Shown piece by piece: positions 28,488 to 38,500 of a stretch of 64,000 nt of DNA. The DNA comes from Candidatus Peregrinibacteria bacterium CG10_big_fil_rev_8_21_14_0_10_36_19 (GTDB taxonomy: Bacteria > Patescibacteriota > Gracilibacteria > UBA1369 > LOWO2-01-FULL-3), in assembly GCA_002772535.1 (NCBI GenBank), contig PFDP01000003.1:3962-67961 (forward strand), given 5' to 3'. Position numbers and translations under genes: made by a program. Position 1 is the stretch's first letter; every line of letters begins with the position of its first letter. The notes under the pieces are model-generated. The model saw only the letters and a program-made list of their open reading frames with translations, was not told the origin of the DNA and did not search any database.

Positions 28488-29459
28488 CTAGTAATAATTA
28501 CCAGGGTATTGTTTCACACCATTTTGGCTAACTTCCCAGTGAAGATGTATTCCAGTAACACCATATACACGACCAGTGTTACCCATCATACCAATCACAT
28601 CACCCTGAGATACTTGTTGACCATTGTAAGCATATACATCGCTCATATGTGCGTATAGTGTTTTAAGTCCATTTCCATGATCGATAATCACATGGTTACC
28701 ATATCCACCACCCCAAGTTCCTGTAGATACTTTTACAACTGTACCACCACCAGCCGCCCAAATAGGAGGTTTACTTCTATCTGCAATGTCAAAAGCGTAG
28801 TGACCAGCTTGGAATCCTTGTGTGATTTTACCACTTGTAGGGAATATAAACACTTTCCCTGGTGATGGAGCTGTTGAGCTTCCAGCAAGGCTTCTAGCGG
28901 TAGATCTTGTTGTTGAAGGTGCTCTTGCTGCCACAGTAGGTGCTACAACTATAGGTTCTGCCCCAGGTAGGAATAATGTTTGACCTTTAGCAATAACCTC
29001 AGATTCAAGACTGTTTTGAGCCAAGATGCTGTCAGTATCAATTTTATATTTTTTCGCAATTTTTGTGATTGAATCTCCGCTCTGAACTTCGTAACTAATT
29101 CCATCAATAGGTGGTATCAAAAGTTTTTGACCAACCCTTACGCTATGAGCATTGCTCAGCTTATTTTCCCACATAATAGTAGAAACATTAACGCCATATT
29201 GTTCTGCAATTACAGAAAGAGATTCTCCTTTATCTACTGTGTGAACGGCAAAATCTGTTAATTCTGCACGATTTGAGGCATCTGTTTGAGGGTTCATCTT
29301 TACCAAATAACCATCTATATCTGCCACCAATACATCTCCAACTCCATATGAATCTATATAGTCACTATTATAACCAAAAGAAGACGCAGTATATGTTCCT
29401 CCTGGTGTTAAAGACATTGAAATAAGAGCTACCATAGATAAGGTGGCAGCTTGGAACAT
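28488..29459 (-). CDS. LysM-domain M23 family metallopeptidase
   Basis: 323 aa. Two LysM repeats ([29 protein letters not shown]...GQKLLIP; [27 protein letters not shown]...GQTLFLP). The M23 core is [20 protein letters not shown]...[21 protein letters not shown]. Confidence 0.85.
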   Translation of the reverse strand: MFQAATLSMVALISMSLTPGGTYTASSFGYNSDYIDSYGVGDVLVADIDGYLVKMNPQTDASNRAELTDFAVHTVDKGESLSVIAEQYGVNVSTIMWENKLSNAHSVRVGQKLLIPPIDGISYEVQSGDSITKIAKKYKIDTDSILAQNSLESEVIAKGQTLFLPGAEPIVVAPTVAARAPSTTRSTARSLAGSSTAPSPGKVFIFPTSGKITQGFQAGHYAFDIADRSKPPIWAAGGGTVVKVSTGTWGGGYGNHVIIDHGNGLKTLYAHMSDVYAYNGQQVSQGDVIGMMGNTGRVYGVTGIHLHWEVSQNGVKQYPGNYY

Positions 29460-29982
29460 TAACTTCTTTTGAGGGGATGATGGTGCTATATCTTCAGATA
29501 CAGTTTTTGCGCTATTTAAAATGCGCCCAATTTGTCCAAATACAGGCGCATCAGCTATGAAAGCAAAAGGTTTAGCTAAAAACTTAACAAAGTCAGTCGT
29601 ATGAGCCTTGACCAGATAAGACTTAGAAAACGTCTTAAGTTGACGATTTCTTCTCGCTAATTTATTTACCTGTATTGTTGTATCTATAGCTTCTATATAT
29701 AGGTGGTTAATATTTCCTTTAAGGCTACTTAAGCCATGAATCTACCAGAATATCTTTATTAAGTCAATTAAGTACAAGGACATTATCCTACTTTTGAGAT
29801 GACCTCACAAGCCCCGATGGTTGACTTTTTTAAAGAAATGTTGTGATTAAAGGTTGTGTGGTATTTTTGAGGGCGCTTATTTTGCTTGTTAAAGCCAAAA
29901 TGACAGCCTTGACATATTAGAGTTTAAAAACAGTGATATTAATAAATAATTGACTTTTATTTCAAAATATTATCTTTTACTA

Positions 29983-30011
29983 TTGCAAAAATACTCAGGC
30001 TTTGGTAAATT
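29983..30011 (+). promoter_or_regulatory. Putative sigma-70-type promoter of rpsF-rpsR
   Basis: TTGCAA (29983-29988), a 17-nt spacer ending in TGg, and TAAATT (30006-30011, an extended -10 context). This predicts a leader of about 110 nt. Confidence 0.4.
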
Positions 30012-30127
30012 CCCCCTGCTCTAAGCAATTCTGCTCTATGCTCAAAAGTGGTATAGGGCTTAAGATTCACATTATATCTTAATCCACAGAAAATATGACT
30101 GAATCTGTATCAACAGAAAAAGTAGCC

Positions 30128-30640
30128 ATGCAAAGCTACGAAATTATGGTCATCGTAAGGCCTGGCCTAGGTGAACAAAAGACTCTAGAAGTTCTTGGTG
30201 AAATCAAAGGACTTATTTCTAGTAACGGCGGGAAAGTTACTGCTGAAGATCTATGGGGTACTCGTGATCTTGCTTACACTATTAAAAAGCACGATCAAGG
30301 ATACTATGCAGTTTTCAATTTTAAACTTGAGCCAACAAAACTACAGGCATTAAATAAGCCTTTAAACCTTAATCAAGAGGTTCTTAGATATTTGATTACT
30401 AAAACTCCTGAAGGTTATACTCTTGTAACTCTTGAGCAATACGCTGAAGAAGCTGCGAAAGAAGAAGAGGAAGCAAAGAAGAAAAAAGAAGATTCTGCAA
30501 AGAAAAAAGTAGTAAAACAATCTGTAGAAAAAGCTCAAGTGGTTGAGAAAAAAGTAGAGAAAAAGGAATCAAAACCAAAAAGTTCTGAATCTGAAGATAA
30601 ACTAAAGGATATTATCAACGATCCAGATATTTCTCTATAA
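30128..30640 (+). CDS. rpsF: 30S ribosomal protein S6 with long Lys/Glu-rich C-terminal extension
   Basis: MQSYEIMVIVRPGLGEQ...LWGTRDLAYTIKKHDQGYYAVFNF is canonical bS6. The start is moved from the track position (30095) to ATG 30128 to match the usual M-x-x-YE N-terminus. The C-terminal roughly 70 aa are KE-rich. Confidence 0.85.
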   Translation: MQSYEIMVIVRPGLGEQKTLEVLGEIKGLISSNGGKVTAEDLWGTRDLAYTIKKHDQGYYAVFNFKLEPTKLQALNKPLNLNQEVLRYLITKTPEGYTLVTLEQYAEEAAKEEEEAKKKKEDSAKKKVVKQSVEKAQVVEKKVEKKESKPKSSESEDKLKDIINDPDISL

Positions 30641-30665
30641 TTCACCTAAATTAACCTAAAATACT

Positions 30666-30878
30666 ATGCCAGCATACAAAGGACGTAAATGTTTCTTTAC
30701 AGAAAACAACATTACATACATTGATTACAAAAATATTCGTCTACTTAAAAAATTCCTTACAAAGTACAACAAAATCGTACCTAAATATTACACAGGAACG
30801 ACTTTAAAAAGACAAAAACAACTTTCAGCGGCTATCAAAAATGCTAGAACAATGGCATTGATTCCGTTCACTAAGTAA
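30666..30878 (+). CDS. rpsR: 30S ribosomal protein S18
   Basis: 70 aa. IDYKNIRLLKKFLTKYNKIVPKYYTGTTLKRQKQLSAAIKNARTMALIPF. Confidence 0.9.
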   Translation: MPAYKGRKCFFTENNITYIDYKNIRLLKKFLTKYNKIVPKYYTGTTLKRQKQLSAAIKNARTMALIPFTK

Positions 30879-30900
30879 AGTTTAGCTCAAAATCGATTAA

Positions 30901-30926
30901 AGCCCTTTTCAAAAGGGGCTTTTTTT
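30901..30926 (+). terminator. Rho-independent terminator after rpsR
   Basis: AGCCCTTTT-ca-AAAGGGGCT hairpin followed by TTTTTT. Confidence 0.7.
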
Positions 30927-30934
30927 GGTATAAT
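30926..30934 (+). promoter_or_regulatory. Extended -10 element (TGgTATAAT) upstream of the 30959 operon
   Basis: TGGTATAAT lies 25 nt upstream of ATG 30959, directly after the rpsR terminator. Confidence 0.45.
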
Positions 30935-30958
30935 GTTCTGATAAAAACAAATATAAAC

Positions 30959-31444
30959 ATGACACAAAAATCGTATTACGATCATGAAAAGATTGCATGG
31001 AGAGCTCCAGAGTACATGAAGTACAGAAGAGGGCTGCTTTGGAAAGTAATTGCTGTGCTTTTATTAACCGTATCATCGGTACTAGGATATTTATATATTT
31101 CGTGGACTTTTTCTTTGGCACTAGTGGTTTTTGCGCTTGTATATAGTTTGTTGGATAGGAGAGATCCAGAAATTATTGATGTAATTATTTCTGATTTAGG
31201 CGTGAAAGTAGGCAACAAAAAATATCCGTTTGCAAAAATTCAAGGATTTTGGGTGATCTATAATCCACCCTATGTTTCAACACTAAATCTGAGGATTAAG
31301 GGGCACGCTATTACAGATGTAGAAATCCAACTTTTAGGACAAGATCCATCAAAAGTTCGCGATCTTTTAATTGCTAAAATTCCTGAATATGAAGGCAAAG
31401 ATGAGAGCTTCATAGATGTATTATTAAATGTTTTGAAAATATAA
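30959..31444 (+). CDS. Hypothetical two-TM membrane protein
   Basis: 161-aa ORF. A TM hairpin (LLWKVIAVLLLTVSSVLGYLYI / WTFSLALVVFALVYSLL) is followed by a small soluble domain. It is the first gene of a coupled operon. Confidence 0.6.
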   Translation: MTQKSYYDHEKIAWRAPEYMKYRRGLLWKVIAVLLLTVSSVLGYLYISWTFSLALVVFALVYSLLDRRDPEIIDVIISDLGVKVGNKKYPFAKIQGFWVIYNPPYVSTLNLRIKGHAITDVEIQLLGQDPSKVRDLLIAKIPEYEGKDESFIDVLLNVLKI

Positions 31445-31445
31445 A

Positions 31446-32924
31446 ATGGCAGATTTACCAAATCAAAATCCGAATAATTCTGAAGCGATTGTAAATCGCG
31501 AAATAGCTGAACAAGAGAAGTTGAGACAGGTTGATTTTCTGAAAGAGCAAATGAGAAAAATTCGTTATGCGCTTAGTGATACTGTTTCTCAAAAAACAGA
31601 GCGTGAAAAATTTGCTGCTGCCCAAGCATTGAAAAAGTTTGATGACATTATTCTTAAAAAGGGAGATCAATGGCTTGAAGCTATTAATCGTAATTTGAAC
31701 AATGGTTCTGCTTTAACAACATTAAGAGCAGAAACAGATATTATTGAAAGAGAAATAGCTGATGATGTAGCCACAATTGAATCATATATGGGTAAAATGA
31801 ATGTTATCCATGAGAATGATTTATCGGCTATGCTTAATAGTTCAGTGCATAGTTCACAGAAAATTGCCGAACTAATTCTTGAAAAAAATAATTATCCAGA
31901 AATCATAGATGCTTTGAAATATGTTTTGAACCGTGGAGGAGACAAAAATCAAGCATTCCAAACCTTTGAAATGCACTTATCATCAGAGAATTCAGAGGTT
32001 AAGTCTTATATTTGGACAGTAATGTCATTCCTAAATGGGGAAGAGAAAATTGAATTTGCAAAAGAACATACGAAAAAGAACAATTTAGACTCTCAAAATT
32101 TATTAAGCTTTTTAGAGGAAGGAAATAAATATGGTGTTTATTCACACACAGAAATGCAAGAAGTTTTAGAAGAAACTCAAAAATATGATTCTATTAAAAA
32201 GGATTTTGATAAGAAAAAGGAACAATATGCCGCTGCATACAAGATCACAAACGACTTTAAAGATGATGCATTGAGGCTATCTGGCTCAAGTTATGGGTCT
32301 AAAAATGCAGCACTGGAAGCTCTTAATATAAAAAATGGTATTTTGTTTGTTGCACAATTGGCAGCAGGGTTAACGATTGTTGGTAATATAGCCGCAAATG
32401 TTTTTGAAGCTGGTAAGTTTCACCCAAGAAATATTAAATATGCCTTTAATGATCCTACTAAAGTTGCTTTAGCAGCCTTAGTGGGTATTAGCAAAAGAAA
32501 TGAACTGGGTGAATTTTTTAAGGGTAGTGCCGATAGAAAAGCGGATGCAAATCAAAAAAATCGTCAAAATTTTAAAAACGTAATCAGTTCAAACGCGGAA
32601 GTTGTGCCTTTTTTGAAAGGAAGCGAAACTTATTCAGGTACAAAAGCACTATATGAATACTCTAACTATGTTTACCAAACCTATGCCGATGGTGGAGATT
32701 TTCCGGAAAGTATGGCTACAAAACAAGGCTTTGAAACATGGCTAAAGGTAAAAGGTAGAAGTTCAGATAATCCAGAACTATATAGAGAAGTGATTACAAA
32801 ACTTAAAAACTCAAAAATCAATGATGAGGAGCTAGGCACTTTAGCAAAAACGATGAGGGCATTAAATATTAAAGATGCTGCCAGTTATAACAAAGAAATT
32901 GAGGTAATTAAAAAAACAATATGA
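31446..32924 (+). CDS. Hypothetical coiled-coil protein with central hydrophobic segment
   Basis: 492-aa ORF starting 1 nt after the previous stop. It has a helical/charged N-terminal half and one clear TM-like segment (GILFVAQLAAGLTIVGNIAANVF). No family recognised. Confidence 0.6.
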   Translation: MADLPNQNPNNSEAIVNREIAEQEKLRQVDFLKEQMRKIRYALSDTVSQKTEREKFAAAQALKKFDDIILKKGDQWLEAINRNLNNGSALTTLRAETDIIEREIADDVATIESYMGKMNVIHENDLSAMLNSSVHSSQKIAELILEKNNYPEIIDALKYVLNRGGDKNQAFQTFEMHLSSENSEVKSYIWTVMSFLNGEEKIEFAKEHTKKNNLDSQNLLSFLEEGNKYGVYSHTEMQEVLEETQKYDSIKKDFDKKKEQYAAAYKITNDFKDDALRLSGSSYGSKNAALEALNIKNGILFVAQLAAGLTIVGNIAANVFEAGKFHPRNIKYAFNDPTKVALAALVGISKRNELGEFFKGSADRKADANQKNRQNFKNVISSNAEVVPFLKGSETYSGTKALYEYSNYVYQTYADGGDFPESMATKQGFETWLKVKGRSSDNPELYREVITKLKNSKINDEELGTLAKTMRALNIKDAASYNKEIEVIKKTI

Positions 32925-33163
32925 TAGATCAAACAGCAAAATCAGAACCGCGTGTAGTAAACACAGATTATGGACAAAGAAAATTTGTACAATCGGCGGT
33001 TATACAAGAGCAAAAACCCCGTCCAGCTTCTGGAGGGTGGAAATATGTTCGTAGAACGGTTGCAGGTATGTCGGCAACACTTTTGCCAATCATGCTTGCA
33101 CATAATTCTGATGCTGCGGAATATCATACTTTCGTTGAAAAAATTATAAAACTAGCCTTATAA
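32921..33163 (+). CDS. Small hypothetical protein
   Basis: 80-aa ORF. It has an ATGA overlap with the upstream gene, and its stop abuts the next ATG. It contains a weak hydrophobic segment (VAGMSATLLPIMLA). Confidence 0.45.
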   Translation: MIDQTAKSEPRVVNTDYGQRKFVQSAVIQEQKPRPASGGWKYVRRTVAGMSATLLPIMLAHNSDAAEYHTFVEKIIKLAL

Positions 33164-35560
33164 ATGATTAAAACAAACATCAAAACTTGGTTTAAGAAAA
33201 GTTTAATAGCAATATTTGTAGCTTCAACGATTTTAAGTGTTTCTACACCTGTTTTGAGCGCTGAACTTGGTATTAACAATGTAAAAGTTGCTTATGCGGC
33301 TGATCCAGCCCCAGCTGCAACCCCAGCTGCAAAACCAGCTGCCGCCGAAACCGCCGCCGCTCCAGCACAAACAGCAGATGCGAGCAAACAAATCGATGAT
33401 ACTCTTAAGAATTCTGTTGCCTTTATGATCTCTCTTGAAAAAGTGTTAAACAAGCTCCTTTGGCCTGTTTTGGTACTTATTGGAGGGCTTTTGGATAATA
33501 GTATTTTGTTTGGTAGTGGTATGGAGGAGAGATTGAGAGAAATTTGGGTTCCTGTAAGGAATCTAGTAAATATTCTTTTTGTTATCGCATTACTCGGTAT
33601 CGCTCTCTACAACGTGCTTGGACTCGGAGATGAAAGTGGAAACTACTCTATTAAGAGTATTTTGCCGAAAATTATTGTGGGTATTATAGTTGTAAACTTT
33701 TCTTTCGTTGGAATTAAAGTGTTTTTAGATTCAATTAATGTGCTTACAACCTCAATTTTTGCATTACCAGACCAAGTTGATGAGGGACTTTCTTCAATAT
33801 TAGACCCTAAAACTCCCGAGGATTATGACAAAGTTGCAAGATTCTGTAAATCCTATCAAGGAAAATCACCAGGTGAAAAAATCAGTGATGAAACTCTTAG
33901 AGGTGAAGCTGAAACTGTTATTTATAGAGAATTAAGTAAAAAATATGCCAGCGATTCTTTGAAGGGAAGTAATGTTGCTTTGAGTCCAAACGATTCAAAG
34001 GCGGTTATGAAAACCAAGGTTTACGATAAATTATCAGCTTCTGCTAAGGTAAGATTCGACGGTGAATTTACCGAGAGAAAAAACAGTTTAATTTGTGACG
34101 GTACAGTACTTGGCACTCAAGGAAAACTATTCCTACAAAAATACAATAGCCGTAATGCTTCTTTAGCAATGGCTTTAAACATGACAAATATTTTATTCTA
34201 TGATGACATTTCTCTAGGAGTAGATACCGTAGAAAAATTTGCAATTAACACTATTTTCTCACTTGCACTGTACTTAATATATGTAGCCTCTTTTATTGCA
34301 CTTTTCGTTGTTTTATTAGCGAGGCTTGTGGTGATGTGGGTATCTATTGCCCTTTCCCCAGTGCTTTTATTGGGGTTAGCTGTACCAGTAATTAAAGAAA
34401 AAATCTCCAGTTTTGGAGAAGTTACTGACCAATTTATGCAAAACGCCATCGCACCTTTAGGAATTGCAGTATCTATGACAATAGGATGGATTATGCTTTC
34501 AGCCCTAAAATCTATTAATACTTTTGATACAGTAAATGCTATCTACTTTAATTCCGCTTCAGGAATTCCTGTGGTTGGTGTTAGCACTCTACAAGAATTA
34601 ATTGTAGCGCTTGGAACCGTTGCAGTAATTTGGATGGCCGTCTTTACTGCAGCCAGTAAGAGTATTGCAGCTCCTGTAACAGAGGCAATTAAAGGCGGAC
34701 TACAAAGCGCCGGTAAATGGGTTGGAACAACCCCATTAAGAAACATGCCTATGTTCCCAATTACTATTGCTGGAAAGAGTCAAGACTATACTGCTAACCA
34801 AGTACTTGATGCACTTGGACATTTGAGCCAAGATCAACATAGACAAGACCTTACAAATAGAATTTTAAATAGATCAGAAGATTTTGGTACTGCGGGATTA
34901 TTCAGAAATCCACCTGCAACTGCAGATGATTTTATGAAGAAAGTATTAGAGGCTAATAGAGATAGGAAAGTGGTTGGGCTTGATCCAGAGACAATGAAAG
35001 CGCTCAAGGACTTTAGAAATAATGATAATTATAGAGGCCTAAAAATGAATTCTACAGCTGAAGGTGCAAGAATAGAAAAGGCTATTGATACTGCTTTAGC
35101 AGGTTTTGATAGTTCAGATGAGTCAGTAAGAAAGGATGCTGCGAAAGCTGCACAAGAGGCTGTAAATCTAATGCGTAATCACCTACTAGGAAAAGGTATT
35201 AATCCAGACGCACCAAACACACCAGCAAGCAATCCATCTAATGCTTCAGCGGTAAATGCAGGTACTTCGTGGGGAGGGCAAAGGTTAAACCAAAGATTTA
35301 ATGGAAGAACAAATCAAATGAACGCCGCAATCCAAGCTATCAATAATGCCATGACAAAACTTGATAAGGCTACAACTGTTCCAGAAGCTGAGGCTGCCAT
35401 TAGAGAAATTGCAAATACTCCAGGTGGAGCAACAGTAACAGCCGACGAAATTAAGAACGCAAATGCAGCAGCCTTTAACAAAGCAGAAAGTTTACTTGGC
35501 AAAGGAGGAGTTGATGCTACACTAAATACAGCTAGAACAACACCTACAACAACACCATAA
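33164..35560 (+). CDS. Hypothetical polytopic membrane protein with Sec signal peptide, Ala/Pro-rich linker and long C-terminal tail
   Basis: 798 aa. Signal peptide (KKSLIAIFVASTILSVSTPVLSA), an AADPAPAATPAAKPAAAETAAAPAQ linker, at least 7 hydrophobic helices between about 33420 and 34680, then a polar tail of about 280 aa. No catalytic motif seen. Confidence 0.65.
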   Translation: MIKTNIKTWFKKSLIAIFVASTILSVSTPVLSAELGINNVKVAYAADPAPAATPAAKPAAAETAAAPAQTADASKQIDDTLKNSVAFMISLEKVLNKLLWPVLVLIGGLLDNSILFGSGMEERLREIWVPVRNLVNILFVIALLGIALYNVLGLGDESGNYSIKSILPKIIVGIIVVNFSFVGIKVFLDSINVLTTSIFALPDQVDEGLSSILDPKTPEDYDKVARFCKSYQGKSPGEKISDETLRGEAETVIYRELSKKYASDSLKGSNVALSPNDSKAVMKTKVYDKLSASAKVRFDGEFTERKNSLICDGTVLGTQGKLFLQKYNSRNASLAMALNMTNILFYDDISLGVDTVEKFAINTIFSLALYLIYVASFIALFVVLLARLVVMWVSIALSPVLLLGLAVPVIKEKISSFGEVTDQFMQNAIAPLGIAVSMTIGWIMLSALKSINTFDTVNAIYFNSASGIPVVGVSTLQELIVALGTVAVIWMAVFTAASKSIAAPVTEAIKGGLQSAGKWVGTTPLRNMPMFPITIAGKSQDYTANQVLDALGHLSQDQHRQDLTNRILNRSEDFGTAGLFRNPPATADDFMKKVLEANRDRKVVGLDPETMKALKDFRNNDNYRGLKMNSTAEGARIEKAIDTALAGFDSSDESVRKDAAKAAQEAVNLMRNHLLGKGINPDAPNTPASNPSNASAVNAGTSWGGQRLNQRFNGRTNQMNAAIQAINNAMTKLDKATTVPEAEAAIREIANTPGGATVTADEIKNANAAAFNKAESLLGKGGVDATLNTARTTPTTTP
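33305..33365 (+). repeat. Imperfect 12-nt tandem repeat (CCCCAGCTGCAA-like) encoding the Ala/Pro linker
   Basis: ccagccccagctgcaaccccagctgcaaaaccagctgccgcc... is a locally GC-rich, low-complexity coding repeat. Confidence 0.6.
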
Positions 35561-38500
35561 TGACTAATCAAGAATTACAAAAAGATCCGGCAAAGTTAAG
35601 TGTAATTCCAGAGCTTCAAACTCTGGCAAATAATGGAGGTCAAAATTCCGAAGCATACGCGATTACCCAATTGGCAGCTGAGGGAAAGATTGATCAAAAA
35701 GCCCAAATGAAGATTGCTAAAACACTAGGCAATCCGAATAAAATGAAAAGCAAAGGGTACCAGTATTTAATGAAAAGCATTGCCAAAAATAAATTTGGCA
35801 AAATTTCTAGCACTGTAACATCTCTTTTAGACGCCCTAAGTATGGGTGGAAAGGCGGAAGAATTTGCAACAGAAGAACTACGAAAAATTAGTGCTTCCGA
35901 ATATGGGCCAATGTCTTCTCTTAATGAAAAGAAGCTCCTTAAAAATGTAAGTGAAGCTATTGAGGAGCAAATTAAACTTGAGGCAATTCAAAGTACTGGT
36001 GCTAAGGCAAATGCTGTTTTAGATAAGAACGAAAATAGTAGTCGACTTGATTCAATTTTGAAGTTGGAAATAGACAATTTGAAAGTTCCAAACATGCCGG
36101 CAGATTTAGTAAAAAAACTAGATGAATATGGTATTAAAGAATATGAATTAGTAAAGAAGGCATTACCAAAGTATAAACAACTCAAGGATTTATATGCTCA
36201 ATTGGAGTCCGACCCAACAGTAAAATCAAAAATAGATACTCTAAATTCTGAGTTAGAAAAAATAGAAGAACAAGTTTCAAATTTAAGAAATGAAGCACAA
36301 GAATTTAGAGATGAACAGATTGGTTATTTTAATATGGTTCTTAAACTTTTAAGAGACTGTGAATTAACTAAAAGTGAAGTCGGAATCAATCCAGCCAATA
36401 CAGAGAATATCTTTATGAGAGAAGAGATTTCTAAGCTTAAAATCAAGAAAGTATCTGTGGTTAAGGATGAAGATAAAAGTGTTGGCGATCCAACAGAAAC
36501 CGGCGTTGAAATTCTGATAACTTATGTGGATAAAAATGGAAAAGAGCAAACTGCAGATTCACTTGTTTTTAGAAAAATGCTTATGGCAGCTGATGCTGAA
36601 AGTGAAGATGTTAGGATCGAGGATATTCCTGGTTTAAAAGAAGGAGCTGTGTATCAAACGAGTCAACTTGTTGATCCAAATTCCACACATAAAGAGTTGA
36701 AAAAATTTACTGTAAAAAGAATTTATCAAGATGCTAACGGACAAACTCTAATAGAGCTAGATAAGCCTGTTTTAAAAACCTCAAAAAACAAGCTACCAAA
36801 TTCCATGGATGATAGTGTTCGACACGATAGGGTGGAGCAAACATACACACCAGGAGGGTTTTTCAAGCTCATTAACACAAATGATTATCGTCCAGAAAAG
36901 TCACCAAAAAATCCTCAAATAAAACCAACGATCCTTAAAAATGACAATGCTAATAATAAGCGTAAATTCCTAGCTGGTGGGGCAAATACCCCGTCGATTA
37001 ATGGTAACGATGAAGGACAAAATGATGATAAATTACCAGAATTAGATGGACCAACTGGAGTGAGAGGAAGGCCTGAAGCTTTACAATTTGATGAAGTTTT
37101 TAAAGCTGGTGATATGACATTTGGTGAAAGAAATGTGATTGAAAACATTTGGATGAATACAAGATTTCTTTCTGTAGGTGATTTATGGGAAATGGGTAAA
37201 TCCATGTATGAATATTATATTCGCCGTTTTGAGCGTAGACAAAAGGAAAAATACTCTACTATTGGTCAAGAATTGCCATTTTTTGCTCCGGAGATGCGTC
37301 GTGTAAATCAATCAGCAGAAACTGAACAAGTACAGCAATTTATAGATTCATTTGATCAAAAAGGTGTATATGAAATTCAAGATCGTCTTAGACTTACAAC
37401 CAATAGAGATGAAATGAAAGCCGCATTTACTACCCTTACAAACAAAGGGCAAATGAGGTGGGATGATATATCGATGTGGAACAATTTAAACAAATTTCTT
37501 GATGATAGTAAAAAAATACCTATACCAAAAAATGGTGATCCTTATACAGTAGTCTCTAAAACAGACAAAAGAAATGGTATGGAATTTATGAAAGATGCCA
37601 TTGATTCAATATGGGGAGAAGGTTCATATAATGATTGGTATAGTAAAAACAAATCTACATTCCGTTCTAACTCTCAAGGGTATGCGGAAGAAGGTAAAGA
37701 GTTGGAAAATCTTGATGGTGGACACCGCAGAAAGTTATCTTTCCTACTCAAAGAACACAAAGAGGGAAGATATGTTGATCCTCATGAGTATGAAGGTTTG
37801 ATCATTCATGCCATTGATAATGGTAAAGCTGGCATGGAAGATAAATTATATTACATGATCGCAGGGGTTGCTTATGAGAATGATTCGGGTAGAACTATAT
37901 TAAGTATGGATCGTATGGCGCATATTAACTCTGAAATGCTTGGTAAATTCCCAATACTTGATTACATATGTGCCAGTGTTAAACGTAAAGATGGTGGAAG
38001 TCATAAATTCACCAAAGATGATTATAAGCAATGGCTTAAATATTTTGATCAGGGCGATCCTACAAATTGCGTACCTACACAGGGCGTACATGATTATCTT
38101 TGGAGATACATTTTACCTAGTGATGAAACCCAAAACCGTATCAATAAAGCTCTAAGGGATGCTGAGCGTATTGATCATGAGGATTTATATGTATATGTAC
38201 CACCGGCAACTGAAAGTGTGGTTAAAAATATGTGTCAAGCCTCTGCTGGTAATAAAAAATATGCTACGGTTAAAGGTTATGCAAATGTATTCCCAGGTTT
38301 TAGTAAGTATTTAAAAGAGCTATCTGAAGCTGGAAATAAGAAAAAATTAGTTGAAGGTATTAAATCATATGTTGTTTATGCCGGAATATTAACAAACAGA
38401 TTTGAAAAAGCTAAAGGTGATAGTTATCAAAGACTTGATGTAAACACATTAAATTCACGCACGATTATGACACCAGAAACACCAAAACAGCTTATGGAAG

